Shown: positions 26,226-38,769, counted from the stretch's first letter. The stretch is 64,000 bases of DNA from Harriotta raleighana (GCA_050575255.1 JBNZDD010013721.1:8598055-8662054); one strand, 5' to 3'. Notes: a model not told the origin generated them from the letters alone. Numbers and translations are program-made.

Positions 26226-26288
26226 AGTGCCTTGGGACGTCCTCCCGACGTGGAAGGCACTCTATCAATGTAATTTTGTTGTTGTTGT
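26226..26288 (+). mobile_element. L2-type 3' tail fragment (family A) inside the 3' UTR
   Basis: agtgccttgggacgtcctcccgacgtggaaggcactctatcaatgtaattttgttgttg. Confidence 0.8.
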
Positions 26289-29200
26289 CCTTATTGAAAT
26301 CCCTAACACAACTGCATATTACATTTTTTAGTTATTTTAATATATAACATATTTCCTTATAATGGAAATGCATTATATTGTAATAACCAAATATCAGTGA
26401 AAACGTAACACTCTATGCCTGGTTTTGAATTATCGAAGCTTTTTAAAAAATAATAATATTATTATGTTATTTTTTACTCTGATGCTGCGTGTGATGGTTA
26501 TTGCACCACACCTTGTTCATTTTTCCCGCAGTATGGTCTATTCACTAAGACCTGGGACCAGTGCAAAATGTCATTGCAATGTGTATACTGCCAAGAGAGT
26601 GTTACCACTTGAGTCATGGCACTGTACAGCAGCTTGCTAAATGATGACCTTATTTCACTGTCCAATGGTGGAAGTGCAGGATTTCCTTGCAAGTATTTAG
26701 GGAATAGGAACTTGGTAATAGCCTTTGCTGAGTGGCCTTCCAATCCTACAAAACCAATGCTTGGAACAATTCTTTGATTACTTCAGACCCTGTGGACCCA
26801 TTGACAGCACTTTAGCATGGCACTGGCTTTAGCATGACAATCTCAGTTAAAATAGAACTTTGTTTGAGGGAAAAAAAAACTCTGGACGGAGATTTCAAAT
26901 ACTTTTTACACTGTCATTAATTCCATCCCCCTCTCCCCACCATTCCAATGCACCTATTTTCCTGAGAGCTGACAGCCTTAATCTTATTGCTCCCGCTGAT
27001 GTCATTCCCTTTCGATATAGCATGAAGGATGAGGAAAAATGAAAGCCAAGCATGAATGGATTTAGACAAGGTCATAAATATTCATTGCCACCATTATAAT
27101 GCCATATAACTGCACTAAATAAAATTGCCACAACAGAAATATCAAGCACTTAGGCCATATTCCATTCTTCGATAGTAAAGGGTTGTACATCTCCACTATC
27201 AAGTTAAACTCTAATAGTTCAAGTTTGAAGTGCACCTGTTTCTTCGGAAATAACTAGGAGAACAAAAATGTCAGCAGTTGAGATGGGTTTATTCAGGTAC
27301 ATATTAGAGATCAGTCTACTGCACACTCTCTCTCCTATGGCCAATTTTGCTTTACCAATGGCCATTAGCCTGAACACTTAGGTTTATATTATCCGGTTTC
27401 AAAATATTGTATTTTATTACTGCATTGAATGTAGGGACCTGAGAATGCCCAATTGTGGATCTCATGTAAATTTTTTCAGCTTTCTAATCTTTTGTATTTT
27501 TGGTTGCTAAGCTTTTTAATACTTGTTAACATGGCCTTTCAATTCTATATAACTGATTTATAAAAAGCTTCGAAGGTTTAACCTTCGAAGAAGGTTTGCA
27601 GGTTTAAGGTTCGAAGAACTTAACACATTGTACATTGATCCGATAGACACTTATCTTGCCTACAATTAGGTTGCAATGCAAGGATAAGAAAAACAAATTC
27701 TCCCCTCCCCACCCCACCCCCACCCCCACTCACACACCCTCCTAGCCAAGGAACATAACTTTGAGGGGCAGGTTTTGTAATCTTACCATGTAATGCACAT
27801 TGATTTATTTTGTTTTGCCTCGATAAAATGTCACACTTATGTTTGTGAAGGAACAAAGGAATGTCCATCTTGTACTATAACTCACCACAGAGGAATCTTT
27901 AAAATTGGTTCAAGATACACATTACTTTAGAGTGAAAGAACAATTCTCCTAGCTTTTGTTGTGGTGCAAGAAGTGTCATCGATGTTTAGTCATTTGATAT
28001 ACTGTAACATCATAATTAAAGCCAGTATATCTTGTTTGAAAGAATCCCATGAGATGACTGTTAGGCTCTGTTGTACATTGAACTTTTTACTACTTTTTCT
28101 AAAAAAAACAAAAGCTGCAGCCATGTGCAATCCCTGTACATTTTTTCAATCAATTATTCTTTTTTTTAAAAAGTGACGAAGAGTGTTTTTTTGGTGTACT
28201 TAATGAAGGAGTTAAATCCAAAAAGCAAAATGAAACTGGAAACCAGGTTATTTTAAAATTCGTCATTTGCCCACTTAAATCTTTTTGTTGAAAAAAAAAC
28301 TTCGGAATCGATTTGAAGGCTGCCATATTGAATTTCATAATGTTGCTTTCCCCCCCACCATAGTCCTTATTCAATGAGGTGCCTCCCTTTTCCATAACAC
28401 TGGTCCTGGATATACAGTGTAGCATGATAGCTTCCAGTTGGATATTTTAAGCTATTCACTATTATTGAGTCATTTTAGTGTGTACAGTGTAGCCCAGGCC
28501 TTTTTGTAATCTTGTTTTTATTATAAATATTATAAGTACATATCAGGAGAATGTTAGCGGTTAAGATTGGAGAAGTTTAGGTGTCATTTTCTTGCGATGC
28601 ATCACGCAACTGGCATACAGATTTATTACCGAATATGATTTAGTTTAGAACGTTATCAGCGCTTGCACGCCGTATCTCGCTGACCGATTTTGAAAGTTGT
28701 TCAAGGTGACCGACAGTGCTCTGTTGGAACAAATTCTGAACTGTTTGAAATCTGCAGCTCAGTGCTTTTTTTGCTTCAGATGCATATTGATGAAAGCGAA
28801 TATTTTTGTATATGTTTTATTTCGGACGACAGTCACCTACTCACAACCGCGAGGACTGTCTTTCCTCGCCTGTCGGACGCTTTGCTGCAGTGCCTTTCTG
28901 CCATTGTACCAAAAAGATTTCGAGAGAGAACTGCCTGCCAAAAAAAAACGAGCTTTCCTCGCATTCTGTCTAGTCAAACTATCAAGTTACTGAAAAGAAA
29001 TGCAATTTCTTTTGCTAAACAGTTCCCGAGCAAAACATATCACAAGCCAACAAAGTGCTTAGCAATGGTAGACTCCAGAAAGCTGACTCATAAAGGGTCG
29101 TGGGCTGCGTTATAGGGGAAAGAATGTGATAAAGTGAACATTTGCACTGTAAAATGGCAATTAGTTAAAGGTAAAGAGGTTATAACTGCCATTCTTTAAG

Positions 29201-29709
29201 AGCAATATATTCCTTCCGAATGTAGAACTTCTCAAAAGGCAGCACTATTTTTGTTTGTAATAAGATTTCTGCTGCTTATCTTTGTACCCCCAAAGTTCTC
29301 AGTACCTTTTCTTTGCTTTTCGGAAGCATGTTATTTTGATTTTAGAAGTGTAGAAAATGTGAATGTTTCTATTCATTGTATTCTATGCATTGCATACTAC
29401 CTTTGGTGCCTTTAGCCCTTTCAGTGTCGGGCATGGTGGATTTTTAACTAACCCCATTGCAGTCACTTACTGCTTACAAATGCTAGTGGTATATAATGTC
29501 AGTATTTAACATTTTAAAATGGGTAAAGATATGAATGTAACTAAACTTGAAAAGAAAAAAAAATCAAGAACTATCACAGAAGGGGTTAAATACATCTTGC
29601 CTGTATTGAAATATTATCTTATCCAAAGTACCAAGTCATAAACTTGCTTACTTGGATGCAGACTATAATAAAGCCTTACATTGTCTTGCTTAGATCTGTG
29701 CAATTTATC

Positions 29710-29715
29710 AATAAA
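29710..29715 (+). terminator. Candidate polyadenylation signal (second candidate at 29856-29861)
   Basis: AATAAA followed by GU-rich ctgtgtttgtct about 15-25 nt downstream. Confidence 0.55.
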
Positions 29716-30232
29716 AAAAAAGAAAAGCAACTGTGTTTGTCTGCTAATTTACTAAACGTTTTGGAATGAATTTTAATTGAGACAAAATTATTCTTTACAG
29801 ATGGTTCTGTTCAGTGTGACTGGATTCTGCTCAACGTTAAAATGTTTGCCCTGTTAATAAAGCTGGACACCAAGTGTATCCAAGAACAACAACAAAATTA
29901 CATTTGTGTAGCGCCTATTCATAACTTTTATAAGTTGGATATTATACATTTACAGTAGGAATACTGTTTGTCTGGCACAACTGAAACATGAACTGCTTCA
30001 ATTTTACCCTTTATTAGGGTTTAAGATTTGGAACCAAACAGTGGGACTAAAATTCAAGTATTGGTTCATGTTTGGAAAAACTAAACTCTTTACACGTTGA
30101 CCTTTCTGATCAGCATTCAGAGCCGAAGTGACTTAGCAGAAATCTGTTTCCACACAGTGTGCTTCCAGAATGGAGTTCCTAATTATTGGTGGGATTTTGA
30201 GTGATAAGACTCAATTAAAATCCTTGTGTTTC

Positions 30233-30460
30233 AGCGCCTTGGGACGTTCTCCCGACATGAAATTTTGCTGTTGTTGTGTTTAGACCACAATATAATCCAG
30301 CTGCAGTGACCAGGTGAAAGCATGATTTAGATTGTGAAACAATGTAAACGGGACCGTGTGCGTTATTCACCCACAAAATACACACAGGCCTACAGTATAG
30401 TCTGTGAAGTGCTTTGAGACTTCTTGACGACAGGATGGAGCACTAAATCAAATAAGTATT
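30233..30460 (+). mobile_element. Family A tail fragment followed by a SINE 3' fragment
   Basis: agcgccttgggacgttctcccgacatgaaa...; then cacccacaaaatacac...tctgtgaagtgctttgagac. Confidence 0.6.
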
Positions 30461-31219
30461 TTTATTAATAAATCAATTGTTTTGTTTTTTAATTTTTTAC
30501 AGCAGTTTCAAAGGGGCCATTATTTTTTAATGTCTGTCACCGTTTTGAAAATTCCCCCCCCCCAAATGAATAGCATTTAAATTGTTTCCCTGGTTATCTG
30601 ACTGCTGGAGCCCAAATCCTGAAACTGGCTGTTTAGTATATGGCACTCGTTTACTCAGGCAACAATTACTATACAATACAAATGAAGGTTTATATAGAAC
30701 TTTTACAGCAGAATATCTCAAGGCACTTACCAATCCTGGCTTGGCTCGGTGGAAGCAAATGGTAGGTGGGGTGGGCAGAGGGATGTGGTGGAATTCAAGG
30801 TAGGGTGATCGAGGGCAAATATGACAAGAAATGCAGATAAAGAAGCAGGTCTTTAAATGGACAACAACACGAAGCAACAATTGATGTTTGTACAGCGCCT
30901 CTCACTTCAGAGGGACGTCCCACCAAAATTGTGCTGCCCTTGAGTTTTATTCAAGTGAGAAATAGGCAATTGAGTTTGTCACCAGAAAGCATCGATGGCT
31001 GACACCTACTGGATGCTGATAGGAACTCCATTCATTCATTGACGTTGAACGTTTCGAAGTTGAGTCAATGATGTCTTCGTTCCAAATCAACGGGGGAAGA
31101 TTATTGTGCCATCACTGTAACCTGACTTTGGGAGTAGTTCTTAAAGAACGCGCCCAAAACTGAGCAGGAATAAAGAGCATAGTAAACCTGTGTAAAACAG
31201 TGCCTTGGGATGTCCCTCC

Positions 31220-31646
31220 ATTATCCCAGTCCTTGCCAGACTTCACTGGCTGCCTATCCCAGAGAGGATCGACTTCAAGATCCTCACCCTAGTCTTCAAA
31301 TCCCTCCACTCTGACCTTCACCCTCCTCAAACCAGCAACCGTTGCCTTCGCTCCACTGGATCTAGCCTCCTCCATGTCCCCCGAATCCTCCTCTCCACCC
31401 TCGGCGGCCATGCCTTCAGCCACTATGCTCCGAGGCTCTGGAATTCCCTTCCTCACTACCTTCGCCTCGCTCCTTCTTTTCTCAGCTTCAGGTCCCAGCT
31501 GAAGATCTTTCTCTTCGACCGCATCTTTGGTCACTTTTCTACCCCTCCCCCTGGCTTGGTCCCGGGATCCGCTGTTGTGAAGCGCTCTGAGACGCCGTCC
31601 GGCGTGGAGGATGCTAATTAAATTGAAGTTGTTGTTGTTGTTGTTG
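31220..31646 (+). mobile_element. 5'-truncated L2-clade LINE (ORF2 C-terminus plus family B tail), nested in a family A tail
   Basis: IIPVLARLHWLPIPERIDFKILTLVFKSLH...RCLRS...GGHAFSHYAPRLWNSLPHYLR...FRSQLKIFLF is the typical L2 ORF2 C-terminus; ends in (ttg)n. Confidence 0.92.
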
Positions 31647-32194
31647 AAAAGCGCTCTATAAATATAATTTTGTTGTTGTTCTTGTTGTTATTCCATCTCT
31701 CTTTCACCCCCCCACCCCAACAATACCCCCCTGCTCCGCTCCCCCACCCCCGCATACTTCCCACCTTCTTCACAGCAACCATCTTGTTTAATCTCCTCAG
31801 GATTAATTGGCAAACAAGATAACCTTGAGGCCCCAGTGAACAGGAAATAATCTTTATGATTCAAGGGAACTTTTCTAAAAAGAAAACGGCTGAGATAGCA
31901 TCGCTCCAGAAATTCAAACCAGGTGCAAAACGCATTGGCACACATTTCAATCCACGGAATCCATTAAGGAAACTCAATCCCAAATCCTTAAATTATCTCC
32001 CATCGATGTCCCCTTCTGAATTGGTGTTAACACCTTAATAGATGACAATTCTTTCAGGTAATTCCCCTGATCATTGATGATAAGACGATAAGGAAAAAGA
32101 CGAGTAAAACATTGAAACATGTATCAAGTTTATATAAAAAAAACTTCTGGCACAAGTTTTTGTAAACGCTCCATATCCAGTTGATGTTTGTTTG

Positions 32195-32350
32195 ATAAAA
32201 TGGCATAGAATTTGCAGGTCTGAAACAGGCCCAACTCGTCAATGCTGGGGTTTATACTCCACATGAGCCACCTCCCCTCCTAATTCCCCCTTCCCCCCAC
32301 CCTCCACAGCCTGTCTCATAAAACTTTCCTCTCATTAAGAGCGCATTAAG
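32195..32350 (-). mobile_element. CR1-like 3' end
   Basis: catagaatttgcag...gaaacaggcc...tgctggggtttatactccacatgagccacctccc. Confidence 0.55.
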
Positions 32351-32639
32351 TTCCCAACCTAATCACGGTGAAAATTACTGCTGTCAAAGCATGTCTTCCT
32401 CAATTGCCTGAAGCTGATTGCTGGCCACGGTTCAAGCAATGTCAGGGAAACTTTGAGTGAAACGATCAGAGTTTCAAATGGTGGGAACTGTATTACACCA
32501 TGAGTTAGCACCACTATCCTTCCAATAGATTCATAACCCAAGAAGGGATCCTTGTTTTGACCTGGCTTTTTCTGAGGCAGCATTTTGGGTAGGTGGTGAA
32601 CGAGTGGAATTCTTACCAAACATCCGAATGTGCGACGGT

Positions 32640-32958
32640 AATAAAATAATAATTATTCTTGTGTTTGATATAGAAGATTTTCATGTCTTCTAGATGTCTC
32701 AAAGCACTTCACAGAATATACCGTAAAGTGAATTGACTGTATATTTGTGGGTGGAAAGAGGCAGCCAATTCTGCACAGCAGTGTCCCCACAAATAGTCGT
32801 GGGTTGAAATAACCAATTTATTATTGTGTTTTTTTGACGGATTCATGGCAGGCATGTGGAGTAAGGAAACTTGCCCAAGGTTTCTCCCTGGCTGGTAGCG
32901 AACCCAGGTCTCTCGCTTGCAAGGTGAGTGCCCTAACCACTGAGCTGCAGGACTCCAC
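32640..32958 (-). mobile_element. Full-length Deu-domain SINE (short subfamily)
   Basis: Complete match to the other copies from the tail to the 5' end ...ctgagctgcaggactccac. Confidence 0.9.
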
Positions 32959-33244
32959 AAACAGGACAAGTTACAAACCAGAAAAAAAAGCCACCAAATG
33001 GACAATATGTAACGTAATTTCTTTGATGGATTACACACAGAATTACCAATTGGTACATGATGGTTCATGGAAAATCAAGCAATATAAACTCAACATGAGT
33101 GGTTTATTTAATGAAGGATATCATAGCCAAATGTATGGCCTGTTTATGCACTATTAAGGGAGAAATTATATCAGGTACCAGGTTGACTGCACTGTGTTAA
33201 TGAGAAGACATAGAAGGCTTGTGCATAATAATTTTACAAGTATA

Positions 33245-33540
33245 ATTGGCATTTAATATCCATAAGGCATTGCTGCCTGAAACACTGATTGTACAACACC
33301 TTGGGATGTCCTCCCAACCTGAAGGGCTGTACACAAATGCATTGTGTACATTTATTGTTGTTGCAGCACCTTCAAGTCAGGACGTCTCAAAATGCTTCTT
33401 AGAATTCACTGCAAATTGTAGTGACTGTGTACTTTTGTAGGCAAACATAACCAGTTTGCCAGGCAAACACCAAAAGGAATTTGCCTGGCAAACTTTTAAA
33501 TGGCAAAAAATTAATGCCCTACAAACAGCCATGGGTATTC
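33245..33540. mobile_element. Antisense Deu-SINE relic interrupted by a sense family A L2 tail (~33275-33363)
   Basis: aacactgattgtacaacaccttgggatgtcctccc...ttgttg lies between gcatttaata and gcaccttcaagtcaggacgtctcaaa. Confidence 0.55.
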
Positions 33541-35679
33541 AAGTAATTTCAGTCGCAACGCTGCTGGCAAAGTGCCTTTGCAAAAGGTCTGTTAAATTTG
33601 TTAAAAAAAAACACGTTTGAGTAATCATCAGCCGACTCAACCTTGTTATTCATAGGATGCAGGAGTTTATTTAACCTTTTTAATAAATTGTCTGCTGCTC
33701 GATGGGCTATTAATGTTCTGGCCTCAAGATGAATGCAGAATGTGTCACGAGGATATGGGACCTGGGGAACCTCCATTAGACCTCAGTGTTGCTCACACAG
33801 TGGTTAGAAAAACAGTGGTGAAAGAGTGAGAGTGAAGATGTTTTTCCTTGCAGTGAAATATGGTGTTCAAATTCAGCGTGACAAATATTTCTTTTTTGTG
33901 GAGCTGTATTGAAAGTTGATCCTTGATGTAGCACAGTCTATTTGACTACCCGGCTCCTGCAGTGTTAAACAATGCGATGATATACTGATTTATGAATTTC
34001 AAGACATCTTATTTTATAACAGGAGCATATAAAATAATTTCGTATGAGTGCAGTTTTGAATAGTTGTAGTACAGTATAAAGGCATCATATAAAGAAACCA
34101 CACAGGGGTCATGCTGTCCCTTCACTATTGTAAGTAAGATTGTGTTACATCAGTTTTAAAGGCCATAAGAGATACAGCTGGTTATAAGGGTTAAAGGGTT
34201 CACTCAGTTTGGCATGTGGTTCATATTTAGCTCAGTAACTGGCTTCATTATGACTGAAGCACTGAGTCACAACTCGTACAACAAGCCAAAGTCTGGAGGA
34301 GTTTCTCCAGCTTGACTTTTTTTTCACAAAAAAAGAGAAAAAAAAAGTGACACTAACCACAAGACTTTTTATCTTCATCAAGAACGGAGGCTGTGATTTT
34401 TTTCAGGGATCCTGGGATGAATACATAATAATGACAGTAATGTGAAACTGTAACTTAGCAACTAATATGTTTCTCTAAGTAGCTAAGTGGTTAAGCAGAA
34501 TTTAGAATGAAGTGTCACCCCCAACCCACCCCAAAAAGGGAATTGCTGAAAGGTTGAGGAAGTGGGTTTAAAGATTGTTCATTAATGAATTGGATGAAAT
34601 TAAAGCATGTCCAGTGATTTTCAAATCTTTGGTCAGAGGAAAGTTTTTAAGGCAAAGAGATTTTGAGACTGAGTCCCCACAAAAAAGGGAATGTAGAAGC
34701 TTGAATGCATTGTTGGGCAAGGTTTATAGGCACTTAGTGCCACATTAAGTTCTCCTTATTCAATCTAGTCTTGCAGACAAGATGAGCAGGTAAGTGTAAT
34801 TAGCATTCACTTGTGCAATCAGCTGTGGATTTAGTTCCATTCGTATCAATTGACCTGTGTTAAAGTGGAGAAGGTGAGGTTCATGGAGGAGAAAAGGAAA
34901 GTTTATTCTCATTCAAATTTATAGCTTAAGTTGGATCAGACTGTCTCTTGTCTCCAAGCAGTAAATCTTCAAAGACCGAATTCAAGGTGACAAAGGAGTC
35001 CCAATGTCTGGCTCAGATGATGAATTTTCTGCAGGAATCAAATATATATTTATAGTATATCAGATGCAGCTAGCAGGATCTATCCAGTCTCCAGGTTGGC
35101 ACTTTGTCCAAGTGATGATGTTTTTCTTTTGTTATCATACCTTTGTCACAAGTCAGTTGCAAATGTCCCATTGTATCTCTTCTGTTCCAAACAAATTTAT
35201 AGAAGTGAGGATTTTCTATTCCTTTTAGCACATATCCAGAGGATTAACTGTATTTTTAAAAATCTATTATGTCATTCTATTAGTGAGGAATGATGTTCTG
35301 AATCGGCTTGTTCAGTCTGTGGAAAGAACAGTCTGAATGCGTTCAATGGGCTGTTGGATTCTAAGTTTTTATCCCAATTCCAGCCTTGAAGACCGATGAC
35401 ATTATTTCATTCTTTGCTGTCCTTCCCAGAAAGCATTCACCACCCAGTACAAACCTAGCGATTATGGGCAAATTTGGGGACAAAGTTCCTGCAGTGAATC
35501 TATTTCAAATGTCTCCTGATTTCTATCACCATAACCAGAAATAGTGTATAAGATGCCATAACTTCTCAACGTGTCCCTCTATCAGATTCATCAGGATGTG
35601 GTTTGACTTTTTTTTAAAGCTCCTTTTTTAAGTTATTTAATCAGAAACTCCCAGTGATTCAATTGGAACCAGACTCCTG

Positions 35680-35905
35680 AATAAAAAGGGTTCACAGTGT
35701 CTCCCAGTGTGTTGGCCAACAATTCTCCCAAATAAAATTTGTCATTAGTATCATGGCTGTTTTGGGGACATTGCTGCATTCAAATTGGCTGCCACATCTT
35801 CTTACAAAACACACAATCACTACACTTTACATTAAAAGGCTTTGAAGTGCTTTGAGGTATCTTCCCTGCACAAAAGGTGCTCTAGTAGTTGCAAGATTAT
35901 TATTT
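35680..35905 (+). mobile_element. Ancient SacSINE1/AmnSINE1-like Deu-SINE, 3' half
   Basis: ctcccagtgtgttggccaac...ggctgttttggggacattgctgcattcaaattggctgcc...aagtgctttgagg. Confidence 0.65.
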
Positions 35906-37396
35906 CATTATCACTGTCACATCTTGCTAGATTCTAATTAATTAATTTAACACCATTAAATTGAATAGTGAGAGAAGGAGCGTTGGGGAACAGGAACTGT
36001 GTGACATCAGCATTGGTCAGAGTTTGTTTTCAGGAATTCCTAGTTTACATTTCCAGCAAAGAAAAGGTTTTCATTTAATTTATGGATTTTAAAAAATATA
36101 TATAATGCATTCCACAAACATTAATAATCTTATGCATTTGGCATAAATCATCCTGTCATGGAATGAAGGAGACCTATTAAGCAAATCCTGAGGATACTCT
36201 GGAATAGTTTTCAACTGTGCTAATGATAAACTGTGGGCATTTTGTGTAGCCTTTGCTATGATAATTGCTAGGAGACGTTTTATTGATGAGTCATTGTTGC
36301 TAAGAGCACACTGGGCACACTACCAACGAAACAACTTGTGCTGCTGCCAGACATCTTAAGGGTATTACGTCACAGTTAGAAACAACACAGCTTGTCTGTC
36401 TCTAGACACAGCTTACAGTTGTAAAAAGAAATTCGATTAGAAGATATCAAAGGTTTGTTTTATTCACTTGGGGGCTGTGCGTATGGCTAACGTCCAGTAT
36501 GAAAGAGATTTCTTTCACAACATGATTTCAGCTATCTTGAGTTTTTGCATCTGTTGTTGCCATGGTATAATAATAATAATAAATTAGTATAATCAGAAAT
36601 TACTTTGGTTTTAATGTTTTTTATCTATTGATATGTTATAATACACATTTTCAAATTCAATTATTCAATTTATGCCCAATCCATTACAGTTTATTTATTT
36701 TTCAACCAGCAGTTAAGGATGATATTTAGGGAGTAATGTATTGCTTCTTGAAATTATATTGCTCATGGCTGGAGCTCTGAGAATTCTCGGCATTAGGTTT
36801 ACTATAATCATATTAATGTTACTTTGGTGTTACTAAAGCTACTTTAATGTTACTAAGATTGTTTAACATGATTAATAATCGCTCTTATGTTGAAAGCTGC
36901 TGGTATCCAGAATGCTGGGATATCAGACAGAATTGTTTTTTGTAGCGATTTTAGTCAACAACAGTGATTCCTTTCAATAACCGTAAGGGATTTACGTGTA
37001 TTGTATACCAATGGAAGTTCCACTGTGAAAGCACATTGCTTCAGAGTGCAGTTTCCATGTAGGAATGACTTATGGTTACCAGAGGAATTCCCATTTGCTA
37101 ACTTTAGTTAAGAATGCTTGTCTGCAATTGTTCCGTTTTAGACAAACCAGCAATCCATAGCCTTTGGAAATAACACCAATACCTCCCCATTCATAAATGT
37201 TAAATATACAGTGGCCAGTATTTTTGCTATTTAGTGGCTGTTCTAAATGTTGAAGGAACCAAAAGAAGTGTGATGGTTGATGCACATTGTGGCCACATTA
37301 TAAATGTGATGAATTCCTTTTTGAGTGAATGGGAAGAAGCCAATTCAGGGACACAGGGTTGTGATGGAGATGTCTGACAAATTACAGCATTGCAGA

Positions 37397-37476
37397 TAAT
37401 AATAACAACAACAACAACAACAACAACTTCGATATATATAGCGCCCTCCACGCCGGACGGAGTCTCAGAGCGCTTA
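37397..37476 (-). mobile_element. L2-type 3' tail fragment (family B)
   Basis: (aac)n ttcgatatatatagcgccctccacgccggacggagtctcagagcgctt. Confidence 0.85.
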
Positions 37477-37659
37477 GATACGTTTCAGATATGATGTGGA
37501 ACCCACCAACAACATTGACAATAAACTAAGACTTCCATAAAGACACAAATCACACTTGCTATTGTCTAAGACGGTACTTTTGGCAGAGTCCAAAGTGAGA
37601 CGAGGAAGTTCCCATAATGAGTTGGTGACGTAACCTCAACTGGTCTCATAAATTCACTC

Positions 37660-37822
37660 CCTGGTCAGTAATCACCCTGTATAAGTAAGTCACTGGAGTT
37701 GGAACTCTGGCTGCTTTTCCCTTCTGCAATCGGGGATGTAGAGACCAGTTCTGCCCTGGGTACCTCTAGTGATGTAATTTTGTTGTTGTTCTTGTGAGAG
37801 AAAAAGCTAACTCAGCATAGCT
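37660..37822 (-). mobile_element. Degraded LF-SINE-like element
   Basis: ggagttggaactctggctgcttttccc...ggggatgtagagaccagtt...agctaactcagcatag. Confidence 0.55.
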
Positions 37823-38452
37823 TAAATGCTTTGCTATTGGGCAGAGCCCTGCCCAAAGGTGTCTTCAACAATAGACAACATTTGGGGCAGTGGGACAGCT
37901 GGATTTAAATATACGATTAACAATGGAGAAACCTATGTTAAACTTGTCTCCGTTATTACTCTAAATCTCTGATACTATTCAATCGGAGACCCGCTGATAG
38001 ACAGGAATAGAACAGTGTATGATACTTATTAGATTCTTACGTCAGACTGCAGACGAGTAATGTCTGAAGAATTTTCTAGACTGGTGATGTAATGCCTGTG
38101 GGTTGGCGATAATCATTTCTCAACCTAATGTTTATTTCAATCCCACATACTCTTCCAACTTGTGGTATTGTACGGATTCGCAGACATTGACAAACTAACA
38201 AAGCATGTTGACATATTGTATTGTAACAGGAGGCAGAAAATGATGAACTTTACATTCTCAAGTGTTTTGTTTAATGTCCACCCATGGGAGATGCGCCCAG
38301 AAATGATTGAAAGAAGTTCTGAATGGAAATTGTATTTGATATATCATAATCTAAAATGTTATTTTAAATGCACATAATAAACAGACACAACACTTTACAG
38401 TGTATTCTGTGAAATGCTTTGAGGCGTTTCAAAGACATGATAAGGTGCCATA

Positions 38453-38769
38453 CCTGTAGCTCAGTGTTTAGAGCGCTTGTCTCGCAAGCAAGAGACCTGG
38501 GTTCGATTCCCGGCCAGGCTGAAACCTTGGGCAAGTTTCCTTACTCCACACGCCTGATAATAACCCCTCGAAAAAGAATTATTATTTGGTCACTCACTCA
38601 ATCCAACACTGTTTGTGGGTCACTGTTGTGCACAATTGGCTGCGGCGTTTTGCCCACATATATACAGTCAACTCACTTTATAGTATATGCTGTGAAGAGC
38701 TTTGAAACGTCCAAAAGACATGAAAAGCGTTGTATCAAATGCAAGGATGATTATTGTGATTATTATTAT
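38453..38769 (+). mobile_element. Full-length Deu-domain SINE (short subfamily), directly after another SINE tail (38385-38452)
   Basis: cctgtagctcagtgtttagagcgcttgtctcgcaagcaagagacctgggttcgattccc, Deu domain and tail. Confidence 0.92.

Larger units (their letters stand above)
24644..29740 (+). other. NFATC2: Probable long 3' UTR of NFATC2
   Basis: Follows the stop codon. U-rich and almost repeat-free (one short L2 tail) up to AATAAA at 29710, after which repeat density rises sharply. The end point is inferred. Confidence 0.6.

Noticed and set aside
28690-29115. 141-aa ORF in the 3' UTR
   Set aside because: Non-ATG start, no domain similarity and composition typical of non-coding DNA.
38453-38520. 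tRNA-Ala genes (here and at other SINE heads)
   Set aside because: No proper acceptor stem or terminator; the sequence continues into SINE body in multiple copies.
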